NCBI GenBank assembly: GCA_000002445.1
Contig: CP000067.1
Span: forward strand, 832,001 to 896,000
Length of the DNA stretch: 64,000 nt
Source: Trypanosoma brucei
Taxonomy: Eukaryota
Reading direction: 5' to 3'
Shown: piece by piece, positions 22,814 through 30,493 of the stretch
How positions within the stretch are numbered: position 1 is the stretch's first letter
Layout: every line of letters starts with the position of its first letter
Translations under genes and position numbers: made by a program
The notes under the pieces: generated by a model
The model's database searches: none
What the model was told of the DNA's origin: nothing
The model's input: the letters and a program-made list of their open reading frames with translations, nothing else

Positions 22814-23740
22814 TCAAAGGCTGTTAAAGAGGGATTCAAGTTTCTTTTCGAGAATAGAAAACTTGTGAACACGTTCCGACAGCTTGGAAGGTGTGGCTTC
22901 AACTTCGGAGGTGAGATTACCGACTTCCCTTAGATGTGTGACAAACAACTTGAGAAGCTTCGCTGCACTCACGTGTTCTACCAAGTCGCGTTCATCCATG
23001 AGAACTCTGGCCTTTCCCAAACTATTACCTATTCCTCTGTGCTTGATGACACGTCCAAACGTGGTCGATACATTATGAACTCTATCAGCCAGCTTGTTTC
23101 CCCCTTTACTCCAGTGACCTCCGTTCTCAAACCTTAGATCTATATTTTCTTCAGTGCCGCTACCAAATTCAGCAACGATAATAGATAAATTTCCCCCAGA
23201 GAAGGCTCTCTCGCATGTAACATTGGCTTCATAAATTTCACAACTTTTTGGTACTTCTTTTCCAGAACGCACAGCTTCCAATCCAACTCTGTACATCTCC
23301 TCCATTGTGGCTGAATACCTGATACCGACTCTTACAATAGTCATCATTTTTTTTTCAAAGTAAGAAACATTAAGGTTAAAGTTTTTCTGCAAGTAGCTTT
23401 CAGTTTCAACGATTCTCTCCATCTCATTTAATATTTCCTTCATTTTATCACCCTTCTGTTTTTTCATAAATGGTTTTACGTACACGAATAATCGTTCCCA
23501 GGCTGCGTATCTTTCCTCCAGCAAATACTTCTTTTTATATACCTTTTCTGCATGCACTCTAGCTCTTAAAAGTAGATCCTCCGTCACATTAATCATCCAA
23601 TTAAGCTTCTTCACGACACAGTCAATTTGCTTAAGAGTTGAGAGAGATTCATCTCCGTGTGTTGTTTCCGCTATAACCCCCCAAAAAACAACTAGAACAA
23701 CTAAAGTGACAGCAAACACCACCTGAATCATCCTCATCAT
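22814..23740 (-). CDS. Array gene B4 (308 aa): signal peptide, no anchor signal
   Basis: MMRMIQVVFAVTLVVLVVFWGVIA signal. Conserved B blocks with a more divergent C-terminal half. Confidence 0.7.
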   Translation of the reverse strand: MMRMIQVVFAVTLVVLVVFWGVIAETTHGDESLSTLKQIDCVVKKLNWMINVTEDLLLRARVHAEKVYKKKYLLEERYAAWERLFVYVKPFMKKQKGDKMKEILNEMERIVETESYLQKNFNLNVSYFEKKMMTIVRVGIRYSATMEEMYRVGLEAVRSGKEVPKSCEIYEANVTCERAFSGGNLSIIVAEFGSGTEENIDLRFENGGHWSKGGNKLADRVHNVSTTFGRVIKHRGIGNSLGKARVLMDERDLVEHVSAAKLLKLFVTHLREVGNLTSEVEATPSKLSERVHKFSILEKKLESLFNSL

Positions 23741-23870
23741 ATGTACCTATTCCACGAAAAGCGAATCACAGGAAAACGTGTAGCCTTTAGTAAGGGTACA
23801 ACACACGCGGTAGTAGAACATAATTGTCGTCTGTATAAATATTTTAGATCACTTACTTCTCCACATACTT

Positions 23871-25019
23871 TTAGAAGAATACCAGGAAGAATAGAAACAG
23901 ACTCACCCCTCGGAGGGTTGGTTGCGTCCCCATACCATCGCTATTCCCACTCTCGTTACCAAACCATGGAATGTTCTTCGTGCTACCTAATGCTTCCGTA
24001 ATTGCTTTGTTCTTTTCTTTCTCAAGGACATGTCTGATTTCTTTCTTCAGCTTAAGTAGCAAACCATCGAGTACAGCTCGTTGTCTTGTAATTGATGTGT
24101 TCCACGCGGAAAAATTGTTTGTGACTCTTCTTAGCGGATCGATTAGCTCCTGAAATTCCTTTCCAACAAAAGTGAAGTTGGCCATAAGTCTGTTATTCTG
24201 TGTGTAAAAGAGGCCACCAGAAAGTTCATAAATGAGAGATTTTTTCCCCCTGCTGTAAGTGTCATTTGTTGTTGTGATGAAGCAGCCACATAGCGGGTAT
24301 TCGCCTTCGTCCCCTGCATTTCCCATCGTTAAAGTGAGTCCTTCATCAAGAGGGTTTTTGTACTCAGCAAGGCCACCCTCGCTGCGCTGTGGCGGGTAAA
24401 TAGTGCAATCCGTGGGGACACTGCCGCGTTTACCACCTCTTATGCAATCTCCCGTTGCCCCTCCATCCACCACAAGACAACAATTCCCGCTTCCGAATGC
24501 TGTCTGGGCAAAGAGTTCTACCATATCTTTCACCCAGTACGCATACGAGTCAGACATATTTGTGAGGTTCCACATTTGCACACTCATGCACCCGAGTGAA
24601 GCGTTCACATTCGTAATACTTCTTTTCAACACCTGGATCGGCTCCTCCATATCACTCAGCAGCTTTCCCATCACGCTCAACTTTTCTCCTTCTTCAGGAA
24701 TTAGTTTTCCCAAAACCTTCACTAACATTTTCTTTGCTTCAACACGTGTGCTGTAGTAAGTAGCAACGTTTTCGCCATTGTCCACGATTTTTTCACCCAA
24801 TTTCATATTACGCGTCACGTTATTTGCCAACTCCCTCAACTGTTTGACCACATTGCAAATGGCATCTGCATCACTTTGCGTCAGCGCCTTGCCCTTACCC
24901 TCGATGTCACCCTCCGCTTGACCGTAAGCACATACCACCACTAAACAAGCCACAACCATTCCCCTTTTGAGTGGCATCATATTATCCCCTCCTTCCAGAA
25001 ACGCAAGAAAGGCAAACAA
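23871..25019 (-). CDS. Array gene A4 (382 aa): divergent A-type predicted GPI-anchored surface glycoprotein
   Basis: Different signal peptide (MMPLKRGMVVACLVVVCAYG), but it shares ALTQSDADAICNVVKQLRELANNVT, CCLVVDGGATGDCIRGGKRGSVP and the ELSGGLFYTQNN blocks. C-terminus LRGVSLFLFFLVFF. Confidence 0.7.
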   Translation of the reverse strand: MFAFLAFLEGGDNMMPLKRGMVVACLVVVCAYGQAEGDIEGKGKALTQSDADAICNVVKQLRELANNVTRNMKLGEKIVDNGENVATYYSTRVEAKKMLVKVLGKLIPEEGEKLSVMGKLLSDMEEPIQVLKRSITNVNASLGCMSVQMWNLTNMSDSYAYWVKDMVELFAQTAFGSGNCCLVVDGGATGDCIRGGKRGSVPTDCTIYPPQRSEGGLAEYKNPLDEGLTLTMGNAGDEGEYPLCGCFITTTNDTYSRGKKSLIYELSGGLFYTQNNRLMANFTFVGKEFQELIDPLRRVTNNFSAWNTSITRQRAVLDGLLLKLKKEIRHVLEKEKNKAITEALGSTKNIPWFGNESGNSDGMGTQPTLRGVSLFLFFLVFF

Positions 25020-25092
25020 ATTGTGGATCCCTACGTGCGTATTCAGTCGGAGAACAGATCTTGATTACAATAAGTAGAACATTTGGGCTATA

Positions 25093-26325
25093 TTACGAAA
25101 ACACCAACAAAACAAAAATGCTCACCATTAAATCGAAATGGGCATCACCCTCCGTGTCAACATCCAAATTTTCTGCCTTGCCCCAGATATCTATGTTTCC
25201 TCCAAGTTTGTACTCAAGAAACATTTCCTCAGCGTCATGCTGTAAATCTTCCAACTCGTAAATATGGGAGTTTGCTTCACTTTCATACTTCTCCATGTCT
25301 TCCATGTTCTTTGTGGCATTGGTGAGACGATTGTGCCACGGTATGCCGCCATGGGATAAGGTGTGTTTGTAATTCACACACGTTGTTCCGGGTCTGTGGC
25401 CATCACATAGAAATGTTTCATTACTCGTATCATTCACGTGGCCAAATACGCCTTCCACCTGAAACTTGTCCTGCCTCATGTTAACAGATTTATCAAACTC
25501 CTCCAATGCAGCCTTTAACAGCTTTGAGTTGGATGCAATGTGCCTGTACACGCATCCGCGCTTTACCACTTGCCAAGCATCTTTGAGTGTCATTGATGAA
25601 TTAACCTCACATTTCTCTTCGGCCAAGGCGCACTCATTGCTCATGCCCGTCCACTTATTTTTTTCTGGTCGCCTCAAGTAGGTCCTGCAGGGCGAACTAT
25701 GCCCGTTGTAATAGTAGCTGCTGCTGTTCGCCTCGTCTTTCGCCTCTCCCACACATACACAAAAAAAGTCGTTAACAAGTGTTTTTCCAGTTTCATTACC
25801 GTTGCTTCCACAGCTTTCCAGAGCAGATTCATTGCTGTTGAACAGTAAACTTTTATTAGTTTCCATAATATCGTCAATGGGTCTGTTGGTCTTATGTGCC
25901 TCATCCACTAAATCACCATACACAGCTTTCATCATGCTCTCCTCAGCCTTACTGCTCTCCCGCATCGCCCTCTTTCTATTCCTGTCAATCTCTCCCTTCA
26001 CCGCTTTTGCTCTTTTGTATAGTTTCTCAATCCCTTCACGCGCCTTTTGGCTCACAGAAGTTTCTTTTCCGTTCGCTCTCGCCTCACTCACCATTACCTC
26101 GAACCTCTTCATAATCTCATCTTCCTTCTCACGGTTTCTAAATTCCGGCCTTGGCACCTTTGCTTGAGTGATCCTGTAAATCTTACAAAGGATCTCAAAC
26201 TCTCCGGTGTTGTGTTGGTAATCAGTAATGTTGAAAACACCCTTCTGTTGACCCTGACTTCCTCTTATTGATCCCCATAAAAGAGCAACCAACAATAGCA
26301 CCCCAGCGCAACCACGTCTCTTCAT
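25093..26325 (-). CDS. Gene C1 (410 aa): predicted GPI-anchored, Cys-containing, charged helical surface protein; paralog of C2
   Basis: Signal MKRRGCAGVLLLVALLWGSIRG. Motifs LVNDFFCVCVGE and CVNYKHTL are shared with C2. Multiple NxS/T sites. Hydrophobic C-terminus LMVSIFVLLVFS. Confidence 0.7.
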   Translation of the reverse strand: MKRRGCAGVLLLVALLWGSIRGSQGQQKGVFNITDYQHNTGEFEILCKIYRITQAKVPRPEFRNREKEDEIMKRFEVMVSEARANGKETSVSQKAREGIEKLYKRAKAVKGEIDRNRKRAMRESSKAEESMMKAVYGDLVDEAHKTNRPIDDIMETNKSLLFNSNESALESCGSNGNETGKTLVNDFFCVCVGEAKDEANSSSYYYNGHSSPCRTYLRRPEKNKWTGMSNECALAEEKCEVNSSMTLKDAWQVVKRGCVYRHIASNSKLLKAALEEFDKSVNMRQDKFQVEGVFGHVNDTSNETFLCDGHRPGTTCVNYKHTLSHGGIPWHNRLTNATKNMEDMEKYESEANSHIYELEDLQHDAEEMFLEYKLGGNIDIWGKAENLDVDTEGDAHFDLMVSIFVLLVFS

Positions 26326-26435
26326 AATTTCCTATTACAACCAAATGGGAAGCAAATATCAACAACATGCCACGCAGCAGCAGTCATTTAGGAAAATGCG
26401 GAAGCTGGGAAAAGCTAAAAATATAACACGGAAAG

Positions 26436-27767
26436 TTAAGCGACAAAGGCAGTCAGCGCCATCATTGCTAAAACAGTCAAAGATATTGAAAAGCCGGCCC
26501 CATCCTCTTCCACCTCGTTCACTTCACTCTCCATCATTAAGTGTTCCAAATTCAAGTTAATCTTTGCTGCTGCACTTTTCATATTCTCCGCTAATTTCCA
26601 CAGCCTTCCAAGCAAAACCTTTGCCTCCTTATTGTGCCTTTCCATTTCCACCAGGTACTTCTCCGCATCCAGCAACCTCAGCTGCCACTCAATTCCCTTC
26701 TGCGTCAGAAGTCTATACGCATAATTCACGCACATTTGGTCATTCTTCCCCGTGCATATGTTTTCGCTGCGGTCAAAAACACCCGTATGTATTTTTTTTG
26801 CTCTCCCAAACACGTAGGTCCGAAATCCCTCCGATTCTTTCATGTTCATGATTATATTCTCCCTCTGCCTTCCAAGAAGCTTATTGAACTCCCTCACTGC
26901 ATCTTGGATTTTTTCTGGCGTTATCAATTTCAAATTTTCATTTTTTGGACAGGCTTCATCCTTTATCTTAAACCAGCCGGGGCCAAAAGCCACATCACTT
27001 CCATCATACGACACATTTTTCCACAGTTTCTTTCTACCCGGCCCCTTGATACTTTTGTGACAAACGGTCTCATTATTCTCTTCTCCAACGCACAAGCAAA
27101 AAAAGTCCCCCACGAGCGAACGCCCAGCCATGGCATCCTCAGTCGAGGGATGATACCCAGCTCCGCACGTTTCCTCTGCGGAGTTTCCTATTAAAGTGTC
27201 TCCGGTGTGCACCGCAAACTTTTCAAACTCCTCCTTCTCCATCAGCCTCCCAGCATTCGCCCCATAAACGACTTGCGCCATTCTTTCGAGTGCAAATTTC
27301 CTTGACACATTCGCCAGGCGCCGTTCCTCTCTTATTCCACTCACGAGTATGGTTGCCTTTTCCGCTAGTTTTATTAACTTCTCATGTGTTACCCTCCACC
27401 GAATAATATCATTTGCACGATGCATACTCATCTTAGCGGCCCCACTATTGTTAACTGTTCCTTTCCTCCTTTCCATAGCTTCTTTATACAAGGAATCCTT
27501 CACGTATGTCGCTTTCACAAACATCTGTAGCCTGTCGATGATACTCGTTAGATTCGCAGGCTCTTCCATTATTTTCTCTGGTTCCCCCTCCGCCAACCTC
27601 AATATCTCACACATTTGGTTGAACTCTTTTTCATTCACTAACTTTGAATCCTCTCCACACACCAAGTGGAAGGCACCAAAGGCCGTTAACAAGAATGTCA
27701 CTATGATTTCCTTCATTATCAAAGCCCTGCTACAAACAAAAAGAAAGTAAAGGCACCAACAAGACAA
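26436..27767 (-). CDS. Gene C2 (443 aa): predicted GPI-anchored surface protein; paralog of C1
   Basis: The probable start is the internal MKEIIVTFLLTAFGAFHLVCG signal at 27716. Motifs LVGDFFCLCVGE and CVNYAYRL. Hydrophobic C-terminus SLTVLAMMALTAFVA. Confidence 0.7.
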   Translation of the reverse strand: MSCWCLYFLFVCSRALIMKEIIVTFLLTAFGAFHLVCGEDSKLVNEKEFNQMCEILRLAEGEPEKIMEEPANLTSIIDRLQMFVKATYVKDSLYKEAMERRKGTVNNSGAAKMSMHRANDIIRWRVTHEKLIKLAEKATILVSGIREERRLANVSRKFALERMAQVVYGANAGRLMEKEEFEKFAVHTGDTLIGNSAEETCGAGYHPSTEDAMAGRSLVGDFFCLCVGEENNETVCHKSIKGPGRKKLWKNVSYDGSDVAFGPGWFKIKDEACPKNENLKLITPEKIQDAVREFNKLLGRQRENIIMNMKESEGFRTYVFGRAKKIHTGVFDRSENICTGKNDQMCVNYAYRLLTQKGIEWQLRLLDAEKYLVEMERHNKEAKVLLGRLWKLAENMKSAAAKINLNLEHLMMESEVNEVEEDGAGFSISLTVLAMMALTAFVA

Positions 27768-28605
27768 TCCTCCAACCAGAAGATGCTCCTAATCGCAGAT
27801 AAAAGAGATCACTTTTGTAACGCAAGAAAAGCATCCAAAGCCACCAACCGAGCATCCCAACCGTCATACAAACGTATTTCCGAATGGCCAAACCACCGTA
27901 ATTTTAAAAATCTCTCACACATTCACGATTGAACACTATACGTGATAAAAAAAGCGTGCTCTGATTTAAGCCTTCCCAATGCATTGCTGAGCCCACGCAC
28001 GGCCCCTCTCAACCTTAACGCGCAGTTTTTCACGGAGTGAAACCAACCAAAAAAGCAAGCAGGTCACAGCTTTTTTAATGTCTTCACGCGCAGGCAGCTT
28101 ATATATAATTACTGCGGCAAAGAGAGGAACAGAGTAATGGAAAGTATTTAAAGGATCACAGACAAAAAGAAGCAGAACAAACCTGAACGTTATTCCGTGG
28201 TTACTGCCTTGTGGGGAAAGAGGGCCGCGGCATGGGAAAGCGCTTTAATTCAGGTCTCGGCGCCACACGGAACTGCAGAGGCTCACGCGCCAATGAGTGG
28301 CGACAAACCGACTGACAGCGATATCACACTTCTGAACTTCCTTTTCCTTTGTGGTGAGTGCCCTGAGGCTCATCCTCCGTTTTTCTCCTGAAGCTTCCCC
28401 GAATCAATTTTATCCTCCTTAACAGCGATGAAGCAGCGGAGTTATGCGCAATAGACAACCGCTGCGGGAGCGGCGAAACATTGAAATGTCCTCGACAGAG
28501 GATACTGGCACGGCAGCTGCAACGGTCGGCAAGTTCCAAAACTCATCGTCTTGGACCGTTCTCTCGAGTAACGTGCCCGTCGCCGCATCAAGCACGTTGA
28601 CCTCT

Positions 28606-28612
28606 AAAAAAA
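28606..28612 (-). terminator. RNA polymerase III T7 terminator for tRNA-Glu
   Basis: An A7 run on the plus strand immediately 3' of the minus-strand tRNA. Confidence 0.6.
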
Positions 28613-28614
28613 GT

Positions 28615-28686
28615 TTCCGGTGCCGGGGATCGAACCCGGGTCTAGCGGGTGAGAGCCGCTTGTTCTAGCCACTATACCACACCGGA
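28615..28686 (-). tRNA. tRNA-Glu(CTC)
   Basis: 72 nt. Acceptor stem TCCGGTG/CACCGGA; anticodon arm AGCGG-CTCTCAC-CCGCT; T-arm CCGGG-TTCGATC-CCCGG. A T7 run follows on the minus strand (28606-28612). Confidence 0.9.
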
Positions 28687-28773
28687 GATGCATCTCGTCA
28701 AATCTACACTTACGTTCTAAACCATAAGTTGTGATGCAGACGTTCATAATTTACTATCGAGCGGCCCCGCACC

Positions 28774-28846
28774 GCGAGCGTGGCGCAGTCGGCAGCGCGT
28801 GGGTTTCATAATCCCAAGGTCGTGAGTTCGAGCCTCACCGATCGCA
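28774..28846 (+). tRNA. tRNA-Met(CAT), elongator-type, second copy
   Basis: Sequence identical to the 10927-10999 copy, in opposite orientation. Divergent from tRNA-Glu, 87 bp away. T6 run at 28848-28853. Confidence 0.85.
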
Positions 28847-28847
28847 C

Positions 28848-28853
28848 TTTTTT
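28848..28853 (+). terminator. RNA polymerase III T6 terminator for tRNA-Met
   Basis: A T6 run begins 2 nt after the discriminator base. Confidence 0.6.
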
Positions 28854-28889
28854 GATTTCCACCTGCGAGTTTTTCAGCAGGAGAAAACC

Positions 28890-28970
28890 CGTCGACAGCA
28901 GGGTTCGAACCTGCGCGCGAGATCGCATTTGATTTCAAGTCAAACCCCGTAACCACTTGGGTATGTCGAC
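28890..28970 (-). tRNA. tRNA-Ser(TGA), type II
   Basis: 81 nt. Acceptor stem GTCGACA/TGTCGAC; anticodon arm TTTGA-CTTGAAA-TCAAA, which pairs perfectly; 13-nt variable arm; T-arm GCAGG-TTCGAAC-CCTGC. A T4 run follows downstream. Confidence 0.8.
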
Positions 28971-29011
28971 AACGGTTTACCCGACTATTTCAAACTAATA
29001 AAAAAACAGAT

Positions 29012-29733
29012 CCACCACCGTCAGTCGTTTTCGTGTTTAAATCAATTGAACTGAGGAAATGATACAAAAATTGCCGGAGCGGGCAAGCGCTGATGGTCTA
29101 GGTGGTTATGACGTCGCTTTAACACGGCGAAGGTCTCGGGTTCGAGTCCCGATCGGCGTAGGTTTTCGTCATTTCTCCGTTTCCCTCAATTTTGCTGCCG
29201 TGAAATTTTAATGTTCGGATGAAAGGGGAAGAGGGATTGAGATTGTGCGTGTGTGTGTGGCCTGAGGTGGTGACATTTGGGACGGAAACGAATGAAAGGA
29301 AAAGGGGTCGCTGTTTTAGTTACTAATGAAGCAGCATATCCATTATTCATTACATCGAGAGTAACATCCCCATCAACTAAAACGTGAGTCAGTGGACGGC
29401 TCGTCTCTTTTTGCTCTTTGCCTTGCTTTGCTTTTTCTTTTATTGGGTTGGTTGAGAAAGCAATGCTAAAATACCAGAAAGGCAGGGAGAGGATGACCCC
29501 CATACCAACAGAGTTCAAACATCACCTCACGAGGCTGCAATGTGTGGCGGGGTGTTGCGGTGCTGCTGCAAACATTCCATCAAATGCCCCACTGGTCATT
29601 ATAAAAGAGGAAGGTATTGGACCCGTGCTGTCATGGGAAACTGGAACTGGGCTGGGAAAGGAACAGTGACAGGAGGAAAAATAAGGGAAAACAAATGTGT
29701 GCAATATGTCCTTTTTTTTCATGGTTTTGGAGA
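29012..29733. repeat. Inverted repeat, right arm (722 bp), containing tRNA-Val and a 12-nt relic of the tRNA-Leu 3' end
   Basis: CCACCACCGTCA (T-stem plus acceptor 3' strand of tRNA-Leu) is retained at 29012-29023, but the rest of the gene is absent. Homology then continues through tRNA-Val to 29733. Confidence 0.85.
29087..29160 (+). tRNA. tRNA-Val(AAC), second copy inside the inverted repeat
   Basis: Identical to the 10652-10725 copy. A T4 run follows immediately. Confidence 0.9.
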
Positions 29734-30493
29734 AGAAGAGTGTTTGTGATAATACTGGAACCGTTGCACCACACCAAAGGGACACCGGCAGCAATATTAC
29801 ATGCTACGAAGGCTTTGCACACGCCTTGCGCTGTTCTAAACGCTACGCGCGCCCTTGACTTCAGGGAAGGGAATGGAAGGGGAAAATGAAGAAACGATCT
29901 TCCCAAAGTCAATTAAGCGTTACGCCCTCGGTCGCATCCATGAGCCTTTCACTCCAATTGCCAACAACAACGGCTAACAACATCCTCATTACGACATTGT
30001 ATTGCTTTGCCTTTTAGGGGAGAGAGTTGATTTTCTTCCCGCGTGCGCGAATAATGCACATCCGCGCGGAGGCATCTTTACCGTTCCAAAAGCAAAAAAA
30101 AAAGATGAGTAAAAGAGGAGACGAAAAGAATAGAAGCAGAAAAGTGAAGTTGGGGTGTGAAAAGGTGCTATGAACAAACTTCATCCACTTCAGCTGGCGC
30201 AGCGTGAAAAAATTTACATTCACCCCACGTGACTTCTCACTTTCTGTTGGCCAAATTATTGCATCCGGTTAGAAAGAAACCAGGTGTATCGCACACACGC
30301 GCTCGCACAAGAAACACGCAATCACCAACACGCGGCTACGCACACGTCACTCACGAAGAGAGCATCAGCTATTCAAAAAAAAAATAATAATAACAATAAT
30401 AATTAAATGGAGGATACGAACTTGAAGTCCACCGCCAGATCCCATCCTTTTAGTACCCAACCACACACACGGATTCACAAGCACACACTCTCC

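Larger units (their letters stand above)
15180..25019 (-). repeat. Tandem gene array of four roughly 2.5-kb units, each one 'A' gene plus one 'B' gene
   Basis: A-gene starts at 17439, 19970 and 22525 give periods of 2531 and 2555 bp. The 17146-17764, 19659-20295 and 22296-22745 blocks are near-identical, as are the track ORFs repeated within them. Confidence 0.85.

Noticed and set aside
28744-28956. 70-aa ORF spanning the tRNA-Met and tRNA-Ser genes
   Set aside because: The ORF reads through two bona fide tRNA genes and is therefore a frame artefact.
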